Source: Dicyema japonicum (taxonomy: Eukaryota; Animalia; Dicyemida). Taken from it: a DNA stretch of 64,000 nucleotides. The position numbers were made by a program, and so were the translations under genes. The first letter of the stretch is position 1; each line of letters starts with the position of its first letter. Below are positions 37,433-51,081 of the stretch, piece after piece. The notes under the pieces are model-generated. The model was not told where the DNA came from, ran no database searches, and worked only from the letters and a program-made list of their open reading frames with translations. Location: assembly GCA_011109175.1 (NCBI GenBank), contig RDEW01000027.1, positions 333,772-397,771 of the forward strand, read 5' to 3'.

Positions 37433-39194
37433 TCAATGACAAAACGGCATGAAGCTGGCAAACAGGAACCACCGCGTGTTCTACAACTACGTTTCCTTTA
37501 AAACAATCTTCAATCACAAAATATAGACCGATAATCCGCACAGACATTACTTCGATTTTCCAGACAGATTCCGCGCTCTTTTTGAGTGATTTACGATCAA
37601 TTCCACGGTATTCTCTAAGTGGTTCTGAAAATGTCTAAAGTGGAATGCGATCGGACTAGATAGACTTTGTCTCTGACAACGCCAAAGACTCGGGTACGTT
37701 CACAAAATTCCTTTTCACATATTCAAAAAAATTCTTTAAGATAAACATGATAAACTGAATTTACATCATTCAGTCATACAGAAAGGAGATCGGATGAGAC
37801 ATGGAGTAGGCATAAGAAGATCAGATCGCTCTTGGGAGATGTAGAAGATGTAACACGTCGTAAGGCGTAGTCAGTAGCCAAAGTGATCAAAGAAAGTCAA
37901 AGTGATCAAAGGAAGAAACTCATTAGACTAGAAATAAAGTAATGGAAACTCACTTTACGGAACGGAGAAGATCATTCCAGGGAAGGGGAGATAATTCTGG
38001 CTTTCATATTCAATAACGGTCTAAAGGGTGTCACTAAAAAACTTGAAACAGCCGACGACCTTGATGAACTGGGAGAATAGTCAATGCAGCACAAGTGCCT
38101 CAAATTTTTCTTGTGCTCTCAATTAATAGTAGATGGAAGTTAGCCAAGTTGATCACCTCGATCGATCGAAAGTATGAGACGGTGACTTATTTTTAATGCA
38201 TGTCTTCATCCTAAATGTAAGGTTACCTTATAGTTTCCCTTCCTCAATTTCCATTTGGCAGAAAATTTGAAGGAATCTGGACAATCTGCTTTGAAGAGAA
38301 ACAAGATATTTTTCAGGAAAATACAAAATCATATTAACTATCTCGGTTTCGGATGATTCCCTAAAATCTTTCAAATTTGGGTCAAATTGGATAAGACTCT
38401 AGATACTCCGTGCATCCAACATGTTCTTCGTTCAGAATTCCCGTTTATTTTGTCTCCGTCAATTGGTCCATACTCATGAGAAAAAGGACAAAAGGTTCCA
38501 CCTATCAATGGGCAACGTAGATATTCTGTGGAATGGAAGTACGTCTTCATCTTAACCTACCGACCAATTGACCACCTAGCTAACAGGTTGAATTAATAGT
38601 CCAATAAAAATATAGTCGTTAACAAAGACATCACAAGATATCATGTTCAAGGTCCCAGGGAATAATAGACATTGGCACGAATGATGACCACACCCAGGTG
38701 TTGTAAAAACCATCTCGGTTTCGAAGGTCTAAGTCGTGAGCCGCGATTGTATTTCCCATTTTGTTGACGATTCCTTTATCTATTTTATCAACAACTCCTG
38801 AGGTGTCGAAGGCTAAGAGACACTAGTACTGAATTAATTAAGGAAAATATAACTGTTAGAAAGAATTAGTTCATTCCTTCCTCTGGACCGCTATGGAGAC
38901 CAACTGGATGGCCCATTGCGTTTTGCGGTCATCCTGGCTTATGAGCAGCCAATACGTCCGAGTTTCTTGAGGATGACCATGGACTTACTGTTTATTGCCC
39001 CTGTTGTCTCGACAACAGTCGAAGGTATATCAGTTGAGGTCCTCTGTACTTCTTTTCTTTATCTCTCTCTGTTTAGACACAATTTGTCTTACAAATTGTT
39101 TCAATTGCCTTACGGTATATTTAAGTTCAAACGTCAATTTTAGGTTAATGTGTAATTAAATTCAAAAGTTTTTATTAAGGAAAGAAAAAAGAGT

Positions 39195-39430
39195 AAACGG
39201 TTTTATAGCGGCTGCCCTGACTGAGAAGCTATTTCCTCTCAAGATGGCGAGCGAGATTCGCTCAAATAACCAGCAGCGCTCACGAGGGTCTCCTGTTCGT
39301 GTAGCGATCCGATTCCCTAGACTACTCAAGAATTCCAGCGTCGGGAACCAGACGTCTCAACGGCGAGTGGAACAAACAAAAAATCCTTGGGTAGGACCCC
39401 TTACTTTTTCCCATTTCATCTTCTCGGCCT
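39195..39430 (-). mobile_element. CRE-like 3' fragment
   Basis: Near-identical to the reverse complement of 10940-11110. Ends WLFERISLAILRGNSFSV. Confidence 0.8.
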
Positions 39431-39655
39431 TCCATTCCACAGAATGTCTGCGTTGCAATTGATGGTGGAACCCTTTGTCTTTCTTCTCATGAGTACGGAC
39501 CAATTGAGGAGACATAATAAATGTGAATTCTCTTATTGTGTAATTAAATATCTTTATTGTTCGCGATTTCTAGAAATTTAAACCGCATTTAAATGTTTAT
39601 ATATCGCAAAACCGCATATTTGTCTAGCGTTTGCTTAGATAATTGATGCCATTTA

Positions 39656-40240
39656 GAAAACTACAATTTTTACGACTTTGATGACGTCTTTGACCAGAGT
39701 GACTTCTTATACAATGACTTTGAGCCTCCGAAGGGATTTTACAGTTATCAGGATCTAAATATGCAACCAACTGAACTGAATGTTTATAAATTTGACGAAC
39801 CCGCGCAAAAAATCATCATTTTTTGAGCCACACGAAATCGATCTCGAGTCTAAAAAACCATCAAAAAAAATGACTCAAGAGAACGGCAATTATGTGAATT
39901 TCAAAGAGCAGCAGTGGACTAAGCGGTTTGATTTTTCCCCGAACGGAAAGAAAGTCTTCAAATATTACTGTAATTTTAATGGATGTTCAAAGTCTTATGT
40001 AAAACACTCTCATATAAAAGCTCATATGAGAAGTCACACGGGTTTTTTTTAATTTTGATGACTTTAGGGGAGAAACCATACATTTGTAAATGGCAAGGTT
40101 GCAAATGGAGGTTCACCCGATCTGATGAATTGACAAGACACTACCGCCGACATACTGGAGTAAAGCCATTCAAATGCCATCTTTGCAATAAATGTTTCTC
40201 CCGGTCAGACCATTTGTCTCTTCATGTGAAGAAGCACTAG
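39656..40240 (+). CDS. Kruppel-like factor, KLF6/7-like (three C2H2 fingers); 5' end unresolved
   Basis: [25 protein letters not shown]|[56 protein letters not shown]. One short intron in the first linker. Confidence 0.88.
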
Positions 40241-41389
40241 ACTTTCCTTTAACCTCCCCAAATTTAACATTCGATATCAGTCTATATTTAGTATTATAAT
40301 AATATTAAAAACTTTAAGAAATAATAATCTAAAAAATAATTCCCTTTTTAATCTTTGGCCGATCGGCATTCTCTGCGTCCTACTTAATTTAATAACCCCG
40401 AAAAATGAACACCAAGAAAGGAGTAACCAACTAATTCTTGCGCGTCCTACATGTCAGTGAGGCTTGCTTAGCTAACTAACGGAACTCATTAAATGCAGTC
40501 AGGCAGTCCTAAATAAAATCTTGCTCAAATATCTTGAAACTTACTCAAATACTAGCTGGTACCACATACTTAATAAAAGGTTAATATAGGACTACTGTAC
40601 ATTTCGGTTGAAGACTCCACGCATCAATATGCGTTGGCTTGACGAGTGACGCTGCCATCAGTGAACCGATCGTTTATGAAGACATCACCCAAGAAAAGAA
40701 AAAACAATAAAGAGCATTCCTCGATTCTCTTTCATTGATTAGCTATGATAACTATTCTTTGCTTAAAATAAAGTGTGTGTTCTGCCTGAGGGGAGCGATA
40801 GTTGATATGGCTCCTCGGAAAGTGCGATAGTGCATATTTCAGGGCAATATTATTATATGACCCCTGTCCCTGTCGGCCTAAGATCACTTAATTAGCTGAG
40901 GATTCTCTTTTTTCCTTTTAATACGGCGATCCTGGATAAAAAATAAAACATATTTTTTCAAGTTTCTCCAAATTTTGAGTCAGACGATATTTGAGCCCAG
41001 ATCATACTGTAACCGGTTTTTCTTGTTCCGAAACATCGTACATCCAATGTCTCTTGAATCAATCATTCCGTCTATTCGATAAAAACGAGAGGTCACATCC
41101 CTCTTAAAGAGATTTTGTGCAAAAGAGACACGTAGCCACCTGAACCATTCGACCAACTAACCACTTGGCTAGCTGGTCCTGCATTCTAAAATATCGCTAG
41201 TCTGAATTCCTGAATATTTATGAAACGCTTGTAGATTTACTAGTATATTTTCTTAAGAAATTAAACCAGAATTAGCAATAGCACCCAAATTAAAAAAATC
41301 GTTTAAAAAGTCACTGATACATGCAAGCAAATAAGAAAAAACGGTAAATTCTAACAAAATACAAAAATCAAAACCAACATTCTCTAGAT

Positions 41390-42127
41390 TTGATGTATGA
41401 ACAGTGTTCCCGTGCCTCAAACAAAAGACTGAATATTTGAGAAAATGCCACAGAATCTACAAACAAAGCATTTCCTTATTCGGGCGAAGGCGAAGGAACT
41501 GGTCTCCTTTCCAAATTCCTTACGCGAAAATGCCTCGTCATAATCCATTTATAGGCAGAATTGTAAGAACATATTTTACAATGAAATAGACTTTTAAATC
41601 AAAAAGATCATTTGCATTTGAGTTTCTAGCAGAAGTGTCCTCTCTTTTCCCAAGAAAAAAAATGCCGAGGCTTCCTGATTTGTGGGATTTGGGGTCGCCT
41701 TAGTGGGCATCGTCAGTGATTTTTATATTGAATCAGGATCATCACAAAGATCCTCAAAGTCGCTAGATAGCTATCAAAATTTGGGTCCTCAGGGAGCTCA
41801 GAAGAGTCAGTAGTATAATCATTCGCCAAACGTTGGGATCATTTATAGACACTTTGGGAGTAAATATAACAGTTCCTGGATCACTTTTGACTTTCTTTGC
41901 TGGAGAGGATTGAATAGTCTCCGATTTAACTTTGCGTGTTTTCGATATAGTCTTCTTGGCAGATTTATCTGAATAACCACCTCCTATCTTCACCTTAAGG
42001 ATTTGAAGGACTAGTTCCATTTTTATCCGTTTTGATATCTTCAGCGTAAACATTTTCTGTCAGCAATCATGTTCTTTGCGCTTCTCTGGAGGGATGACTA
42101 CGTCTTCAATACTCTTTGTTGGCATGT
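41390..42127 (-). CDS. Possible C2H2 zinc-finger protein (exon structure unresolved)
   Basis: CKICSYNSAYKWIMTRHF (about 41530-41590) and CRFCGIFSNIQSFV[+1 T]LRHGNTVH (41397-41460), after a Lys/Ser-rich open stretch. Confidence 0.35.
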
Positions 42128-43399
42128 CTAAATATCAGCTTAAACTGAATAACCTGAACATGGAAACAAACCAAATTTGTATTCAGAAATTTTTAATTTA
42201 AGCCATAAATTGGCCTCTCGCCTTTCATCTTGTCAGGGATTTCCACAATCCGTAAAATCTCTCAGAAAACAGCATAAATGACAACCCTAAAATACGGTAA
42301 AATATGTACTTTGACTTAAAAACACCTTTTATGATGAAAAGGTTCATGTTAGTCATTAATCCATCAAGTCAGCGCTTTCAAAACCTTTGCTATCAGAAAT
42401 TTTGATCAGAACGAAAATTTTGCAACGCCATTAATAATAATATTACACTTTACGAAGAGACGCATTAGCTATAGCTCCTCCAGGCAGGATATACACTTTA
42501 TTCAAGTAAAGAACAGTTATCATAACTAATCGATGAGGGAGAACCAAGGAATACTCTTCACTTGTTTTTTTCTTTTTGTTGGGTGAGTTTTTTTGTAGAC
42601 GATCTGGTTCCGCAGTGAGATATTCACTGATGACTGCGTCACTCGTCAAGCCAAAACATCGTAGATAGAACTTTCAGCCAGAATGTACAGCAGCGAAATT
42701 CTAATTAGGTCTATCATGACTTTCCTCTCTTCGAATGTATGTGGCAAACAAGAACGTGAAAGCCTAAGAGGGACGTCCCACAGATCCGCTAGGTGATCTC
42801 TTGTATGGCGGGAAATTGGAAGCGAACCTGACTTGAGAAGGGGTATGCCCTTATCCAATATTTAAAAATTTAAATAAATCACATTTGAACCTCCCAACAG
42901 CACATCTATAACCTTTTTTTTATTTTGTCTAAAGAAAGTCAAAAAACAACTTTTAGGCAAATCCTCCATTGAAACTGAATGCTAATCAATGTTTTATTCA
43001 GGAAAAAGTGATAAAATGAACTTTAGTTGCTGTATAGTGCGGTAAACAAATTATCGATGGACTTAAATATCATGACAGTAGGCAATATTTTGGCAGACAG
43101 TAAAGTGTAGAAAAATCGGAATTATGTGTTTCTCACAACGAATAATACATTGTAGAGTCTAGGTTATTCCATATCAGATGGCATGTAATGGGACTGTTAC
43201 TTAGTTCCACAGGAAATACTTTTTTAAAAAAGATAAAAACATCCAAGTCTATATACAATCCTGTGCTCAAAGGATCTCTCGAAAGGGTGGCCATTGACGT
43301 AGTTCATGGGAATCTTCTTGCATAATCAACTTTGCAAAAGCAGATAATAATGATTTAACCGAAATCGTCGTAGAAGCGGATTATTAGTGAACCCCAAAG

Positions 43400-44240
43400 A
43401 CCATCAAGAAAATGTTAAAACAAATAATTAAATGTTCCAACTTTCCAATAGTCCGCTATCTCCCACGCATAATCTTCAAGTGTCCCAACTGTTAAAAGGA
43501 AGTTTCCGGGAATGTCTACATGTGAACTCAATTGAGGTGTCGTTCTCTAGAACTGATCGGTGTTTCTCTGCGTGGACAATCGTATCATCCAATAGGTTTC
43601 CTGGTTCTTCTCAGGAGCGAAATAAACAGCGGATATGATTTCCTATAGATTTCTTTGAGAGGATAGTGGCGATGGAGAGATGAATCAGTATAGGAAAAAG
43701 ATACAAAGTTTCCCGTCTGATTGCATTCAATTTCTCAATCTTTGATGAGGAAACCACAAGCATTTATGCGGAAGAGACATATTTAATAATTGGAACTATG
43801 ACCTGATCCACTTACGGAGTCTAAGTCAAACTTCAGAGTACCATAGGTGACACAGAGAATCTTCTGTTTGAATAGGAACAAGTGTACCATCAATGGACAT
43901 TTCAGTTCCATATCTGAACCTCCTATCCAAACAGAAAATCAGGGAGTTGAAACTGAACTAGAAGACTTTGACTCTTGAATGAATACAACGTCTACCCTTA
44001 GAATTGCAATCAGTAAGTTCAGGAATTTACTGCGGATTTCATTGAAAGCTAACTAACTGAGTAACCATTAGAGAATAACCATTTAGGGGTTTGGCTCAAC
44101 ATCTCCAAGCAGAAGTAAGAAAACGAGAACAAGAATACGACAAAGCCAGCCCAAAAAATAATTGGAGTGACTGGGACGGAATGAAATTGGTAGCCGCTGC
44201 AAAAAGTGAACCACAAGACACCACATTGCAATGAGTCAAT
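43400..44240 (-). mobile_element. LINE 5' remnant: head, 2A-like peptide, APE
   Basis: Head-like atgtggtgtcttgtggttcac; LLLLGDVEPNP at 44086-44118; NEIRSK..VDVVFIQESK. Confidence 0.75.
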
Positions 44241-44334
44241 CCAACAGACCAAGGAAATAACTTTTGCAGTTTCTTAAACAAATAAACTAAACCAAAATAT
44301 AAAAAATAAAATCAATAAATTCTATAAAGAAAAA

Positions 44335-46640
44335 TCACATTCCAAATGTCTTCTGTGGTACAAAAGGGGTAATTCCTTGAGTCAGCATCGATTCCAGAAC
44401 CTCCACAATAACAAAATGTCCCCAATCAAGCCAACAGACACTATATTCTACACATCCATAAAACAATCAACCGAATAATCCTTCGTCTCCTGACAATCCC
44501 AGCACCATTTTCTTTAGTAATCCTCCCCAAACAGTCAGCATTGCTCATAAAGATACAATCTCCCTTTGTGTCATAAAAACAATTTGTCCATGCAGGTTGT
44601 GTGAACTTCCCACACAAATTAGCCCCCTTGCAGACGACCTTACAAGATCTCTCGGCACAATCAAACTCAACAATCTACGATAACAACTCCATATACGGTT
44701 CCTAAGGAAAAGACAAGACAAAGAGTCGCTTTCGTTGGATGAAAACACATGCAGGTAGCCAAATCGTCAAATCTTGGCAACTTAATGCATTCCTACAAAA
44801 ATATTTAGAGCTGACCTCGCCTTGTGTAGTAAAAACAAATACATTCCCATCACTGTCCGCCACAGCAAGCATTGAACCACCAAAATTTAGTTCCATGTTC
44901 AAAATCCGACCAGAAACTACCATGAGGGAGAACAATACCTCGACTGGCCCAGGAAGTTTTTTGTAGTAAAAATCTCTCCTGATTAGTCCGCGCAGTGAAA
45001 ATTAGATCAGATTCAGAGGAAGAACAGAGAACACATAAAGTTTTCGATTCTAAGGCCATTTTCCGGACAAATGATTCCACTTTTGAACCACATTCCATCA
45101 ATTTTACGCTCGTTTGAGGCCTCGTTACATTTTCCACAATAGCAACTGACAATTTTCCAGCCAGAGTTGAGAAAGCAACAGAGTTTGACGATTTGTCCGC
45201 AGCTAAGCAAATAATTCGATCCCCAGCATCCACAGATCCAATACAAGTTGGAGGAACTGTGAAATTATGAAAAATAACACCTTTGGATTTCGAAAACTCC
45301 CACAGATCAAAAGTTCGATCGTATCCCATCACCATGAGGTCTCCGGCACGTTGGACTGCTTTTGAACAGTTCTAACATTTTATCAAGGGGTAATTAACCA
45401 AACTGATGACTGGAGAAATTTTCAAGGCGGCTGAATGAGTCAGTCCGCGAAGGATAGTCAAACTGCCGTTTAATGCTTAAATTTAGTAAAAAGCAAACTA
45501 GCTGTGAAGAGATACTTTTTCTGAATGGATTCCAAAGCTACGACAGCAAATGAGCCAATTCGCAGATGGGAAGCCCAGTTCCAGCAACTTTGACAGTCTG
45601 ATGAGGTCTGCTGTTCATATCGAACGACAAGTCCATCCATGCCACCAGAAAAGAGTCGATTTCTCTCAGTTTTGTCAGTCGTAGTTGTTGTGAGTGATAA
45701 AACCTCAGATTGGTGAGTTTTCAGAGACTTGGTTTAAACAAAAGAGAAACTTGTATTATAAAACCCGGGTTAATGTTCCAGAAAGTAACTGATCCCTTTG
45801 AATCTCCTGTTGCAACGGTTCCATCACTGGAATTTAGCATACTTGTCAACCTAAGATTGAGGATTGACCTGATAATTGGCTTGTTGGTAATTTTGGATGA
45901 ATTTGGGGAAGGCAGAGTAAGACATGTGACTATTGTTCCATTCGAAAGATCCCATACTTTAAGAGAGTCCCCACATCCACCGATGAGGAGCTGTTTTTCA
46001 TCATTGAATAATATTGAATTCACACAATCTATTCGTCATAAAATATGTTTATTTGTTTAATAATAAAAATTGTCAGAAAAAATATTAAAACTTAATATTT
46101 TTGCCATAATAATCAAAATAATACCAGTTTGCCTCTGCAACAAACACTCGTTCACTAAAAAGTTATCTTTGACATCTGTCATGAATACTCGACCACTTTT
46201 AGTTCCGAACTAAAATACATCAAAAAATAACAACAGCAAGTTTGTTGAACCCACGTGACCAATCCAAACAAGTTATTAGACCATATTCCAATGAAATGCT
46301 CATCTTTGATTATACAAGGACATTACCACATGGATGAGAAAATTATCTTCAATGCGATGTATAACATTTTCCATATCATATGCGTAAAGTACGTCTCCGA
46401 CATACAAGATTTGCTCAAGATTTGACTTTTTAAAAATCAGGGTCTAAAATGTGGCTAAGGCTTACTTTTTTGAGGATAAAATTGAACCTACAATCGAAAA
46501 TGTCCACTGTGTCGTTTTTTCTGTATGTAAAGTAATATAAACAACCTTAGAATTGCGAGAGATTCTTCATTTTGATGTTTTGTAGCACTCTTAATCAAAT
46601 GAGGTTCGAATTTATAAAAATTTAAAATATGCCCACTCAT
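44335..46640 (-). CDS. UTP4: U3 snoRNP WD40 protein UTP4/cirhin (about 13 introns)
   Basis: N-terminal FYKFEP..I......E.LAILR.NDTVDIF, VATGDSKGSVTFWN and C-terminal VIVE...Q..TPFVPQKTFGM* parallel UTP4. Two apparent missing G residues near 44499 and 44421. Confidence 0.85.
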
Positions 46641-46899
46641 CAGTGACAAACACACAAAAAACACACAAGATCGTGATTTTAAATTTATTTACTTTAAATT
46701 CAAATAACAATACTTCATTTAAATAATTTAAATTATTAAATACAAACAATATTTTTTAAGGACTCAGATGTTGGCTTATAGTTAATTGTTAGCCTCGTGA
46801 TCAATTGGTCTGATGGATGGTTTTCGCAGATTTTCGTACTGGACTCAAGACTGTTTCTTCCTCATTATTAATATTCCTTTTAATCTTTTACGGAGAGCA

Positions 46900-47900
46900 A
46901 TTTTTTCGTCTACCTTTTTATTCTTTCCAGAAGTGCGATAATCCTTTCCTTCTTTCAAATTCATAGATTAGGAGAATAATTCCACAGAAATTATAGAAAA
47001 AAATTATCTCCTCTCTTGAAACGTACGCAGACATATTAGTACCCGAAAGACTTTCCTCCTTCTCGTTTCTATTTTTTTAATAACTTCCAAGTCCAAACAG
47101 TACTCCCAGGTAGCAGAAGAGATGGGCAGTTTTCTGAATAGAAAATATTCCTGGACTGGTCAATGGCCATTGCACTAGTTTTCTGTGAGACAGGCCTAAA
47201 CCTTTCGTCACGTAACATTTGTATATTTGATACTTGTATTCCATGTCTTCTTTAGAAAAGCTCTCGATTTTCCGATAGACCCGATATTAGAAAGTCGTCA
47301 GCATATCAGATAGTTCGGCTGTGGAAGTCGGTCATAAAAGTAATAAAAAAGAGAGTTCCCGACAAACTAATGTTGAGTAAATTTAACAAGTTCAAAGAAC
47401 TCTATGGGTTTTTTTCTTAGATTTCCTTGGCTCAGGTACTATTCTGATAATTGGCAACTTCCAATCATGTGCGATCCATCCAATTTTTAAATTACCACCG
47501 AATAAGTTTTGGAAGGCATCAAAATTTGACATAATCATTCTTAGGCACATTGTTTTCGCATTCCCTTACAGCCGTATATGCTCACATAGCGTCACTTTTC
47601 TATGCAATGGGGTGAGTACCGCGAATGATTCCTCTCTATGACAATCCTCAAGAGGTAGACCGTGGATCTTTCTTAGTATATGAGAGAATATCGGGAGTGC
47701 ATCCTCCTGAGTACATGTTATTGCATCATGATAATGTTTGCTTTCCAACAAATTGTTCATCTATTTTACTTCCAAAAAGATGGGTTCTTCATGTCTAGTT
47801 TGTCAATTTCACCTATTCATCTCTTGTCCACCAACTCTAAATAACTGATCGATACACCTTTACCGTCAAAACTTCTCGATCCAAATAATCAGTGCAATGC
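46900..47900 (-). mobile_element. Decayed LINE RT remnant
   Basis: DWKLPIIRIVP..K and YLGVLF motifs in broken frames. Confidence 0.45.
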
Positions 47901-48155
47901 CTCAGATGTATTCGAGACATTTCTTTAGCTTGATGTGGCATGGGATTATTTCTGTGTTAAAAACTAAATAAAAGGTCTCATTAAAAAGTACCTAACGTTA
48001 TAATACGGATATATTTTCTCTGTTAACTCTTGAAACGGATAAATGACTAAATCGAGTTAAACTCTAATCCGGTTCAAAATCGTAACGTCGAATATAGAAA
48101 AAAATTATATAAATATAAATAATTTAAATTTAAATAATAAATAAATTTGTTTAAA

Positions 48156-48773
48156 ATGTATGTTCCTTGTCCACTTAATCCTGAGTTAAGCAAAAAGAAG
48201 ATTGACGGTCTCATAGCCTCATTAAAACTACTTAACGAAAAAAAGCAAGAACAACTAGTAAGACTAAAATCTCTTCATGCCAAATTCAAGAATGTTTGCC
48301 AGGACAGTGTTGTTAACAAAAAAGTGAGATTTCAATAATTTCAGGTTATGGAAATAGAAAAAAAGGTTTTTTTAACCGCAAATGGAACTCGTTTCAGTTC
48401 TCTGCTCGCAGGACTCAATTACGAGGACCAAAGGATTTTTCTACTCACAAAAAGCAATTCAGAAATGAACTCTTACATAGATGATTTGCTCTCAACAATA
48501 GAATTGATGATAGAGAAACACAAGGATCACGTTTCGGGCCTTGAATCTTTTAAAAACAATGAAATTCGTATTGAAACGAAAAATAATGTATTTTTGATCT
48601 AATTTCAGGACGATTCGAAATCGAAGCTCGGAAAGTTCCTCAATGGACTCAAAATGATAGTAGACATTGAAGTGGATGATGGAAAAAGTTCTGTTTTAGA
48701 GGAACTTTCTGCTGAAAACGACAGGATGAGGAAATATTTAAAGATTTATCTTGGTGAGAGTCCCAATTCCTAA
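48156..48773 (+). CDS. FGFR1OP2/SIKE-family coiled-coil protein (two 21-nt introns)
   Basis: LLAGLNYEDQRIFLL.KSNSEM..YIDD.LSTIELMIEKHK and IVDIEVDD..LEELSAENDRMRKYLKI follow the SIKE pattern (L..GIQ.EN.QI..L..EN..L...LEE...ALELIM.KY; L..EN.GLR..L.I). Confidence 0.6.
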
Positions 48774-50059
48774 TAAATTGGTTTTAATATTTGTTTATGT
48801 TATCGAAACACCAATAAGACAATTAGTTCCCTGGCGACGAGTTCTGGAATTGACCTTAGCTACCCGGACAAAGCTCTCTGGATCACTGTGCTTGAGTGAA
48901 GGTTCTGTCGGAACGAGTCAGTATCAAGGAATTGGTTAGTTTGGTTTTATTTTGATCTTTGGAATAATTTAGGATGAGGTCTCTGTTGAAGCTGACGAGA
49001 TCACATGATTAGTTATTTGGGTAATACTTTGATCTTTACGCAGGTCACCTGCTCGTGGATAAAACTGCCTATTTCGTAACTAATAGATCCAAACTTTCTC
49101 TCTTGTTGAGCAACTACCTATTGATTGATTGTAAGTGGCTACGGGACTTTCCCCTTGTAATTGGTATTCCCCTTTCTTCGAGTTTTGGTCTGGAATCTAA
49201 CAAGAAATCTTTCTATAGCCGATTTTAGTTGTTCATCTATTACAGAGTTGCTGGAAAGAATGCATCAGTGCTACGAGGGTTATGTATTCTCTGAACTCTT
49301 TTATATACCTTACAATCTTTGACTAAATAAACTATTACATTCGAGTAATACCCACAACTGAAGGATCGGACGATTTTTTCCTTTTCTGTTGATTCTGGCT
49401 GGACTTATGTGGTATATTTGAAGGTCTCCTCTTCTGCATATGTGGGAACTGGATACATGTAATTAGTTTTCAACTTCTTTCTTGGTGCATCGGGGGTTAA
49501 TAAATTAATAAAATCGTTTTATATCGCCTTTCCTCTCTTAGGGAGTCAACTATCATTTATTCCTTATCCCTTCTTTCCACATCAGAGTAGGCGTCTTTCT
49601 TTTTTCCACATCTAATGCAATGTCCTGGAATTACAACATGCCAGCTCCACATGTTTATTGGAATCAGAGATGAACTCTCGTGAGACATCTTGAGTCCATT
49701 TTTGTGTTAATCACCTCACCCTAGAGTTTTCTCCAATGTAACTAATTGAATGAATACCCTTGTTGCCTCATCCATATAATTCTAGAAGCACTTAGAGACG
49801 ATGCACAGGTATAATTTTCTGGGAGAGATAAATTATATTAAGAAATTTTTTATTAATCAGAATCATTGTTAATCAGCAACATCTGGGCCAAAATATTGAA
49901 CATTTAGAATTTCCAGACATTTGACTGATTAAAAATGTATAATCTGAAAGAGACCCAAGTTAAGTAAATATGATTCGTCAGTTAAACCCAATGATCGCAC
50001 TTAAAATTGGAAATTTGAGACCAAACCCTTGCCGTTTAGAGTTTAAGAGCTGGCAAAGT

Positions 50060-50320
50060 CGACTAATTAAGTGATCCCACTTAAAGTCTCTTCTATTGGT
50101 CAGTCGCGGTCATAGCACCTTATGGAAATGTCTTCTTGAAGTTCTGGATAAGAATTCGATCGGAGTGTACTTTTCAGGACTGGTCGTGATTTTTCTGCAT
50201 GGATAATCCTTTCCTAAATGGATTTCCTGGTTCTTTGCAGAAACGAAGGAAAACTTGATCATCGTTTCCAGTCGACTCTTCTAAAAGTTGTTTTTTAATT
50301 CAGTTTTATACTTCTGGTAT
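50060..50320 (-). mobile_element. LINE 3' fragment
   Basis: Reverse complement ends aagtgggatcacttaattag, the shared tail 5' arm. Confidence 0.5.
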
Positions 50321-50328
50321 AATTAAAA

Positions 50329-50430
50329 ACGTTTATTCCCTTGGATGTTATCTGTTAGCTCATCCAGCTTTGTTTCACTTTCCATGGACAGCGTTGCCTA
50401 AGTAAACTGTCAGACAACCAGACTTCTCTA
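50329..50430 (+). pseudogene. Duplicated genomic fragment of the Argonaute gene (exon-intron-exon, PAZ/L2 region)
   Basis: Aligns end to end with 52352-52454 (acgtttattcccttgga.gtt..tgt.agctcat.c.agctttgtttca.t.tcc.tggacagcg.tgcctaa..aaactgtcagaca.ccagacttct), including the intron. Confidence 0.9.
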
Positions 50431-50432
50431 AT

Positions 50433-50900
50433 AATAATAACACCAGAGACCACGGTTACACAAACTAACTAATCACGTGATCCCAGCACACTCTAGCAGG
50501 GACCTCATCTTGGCCCGATGCTCCTCCCTCGACCCCACACAAGCACGTATCGTCGAGTGAGTGGATCTTCGCAGTCACGACGGCGTGTTCCATTGTTCAT
50601 TCGCATCAAGGCTTCAAGAGGCATTGGTGGCTGGACTTCTTCAGAAATCCAGCGTTCCGTGATTTTGGAGGCTCTTTTTTCGGCTAGCCTCGATCTTCAA
50701 GACATTTGTCCAATAGATGAATGGACTCATATAAGAGATGCATGGTTCAATGTATTGTTTATATATGGTGCTCACAACAGTGTGCTTTCTGTTCTCCCAG
50801 AAGCATGTGAGGCATTTCAAAACATTTGATTTCTTTTCGCATTTTGTAGTGACGCTTTCAACATGGGGCGTGAATGACATGTGCATTTCAAAAGTCACCC
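50433..50900 (-). mobile_element. 5'-truncated LINE (thumb and tail)
   Basis: TFE...FTPHVESV..STIYKQYIEPCISY. Tail gggatcacgtgattagttag..accgtggtctctggtg(TTA)n. Confidence 0.85.
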
Positions 50901-51081
50901 CAAGGATTTATTTATTTAATAACCCCGAGAAGGGAACACCAAGAAAGAAGGAGAATGCCAAAGATTACCGCCAAGTCTCTTACAATTAAAAATATTTCTA
51001 TAAAAATAAATTAAAATATTAATTAAATGTAATAAACATTTAATTAATATTTAAAGAAAACCTTCATGTTTAGTTTTACAA

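Noticed and set aside
39418-39432. U2 snRNA 5' end (atcttctcggcctt)
   Set aside because: Only a short match; it is the antisense of CRE-like coding sequence and the rest of U2 is absent.
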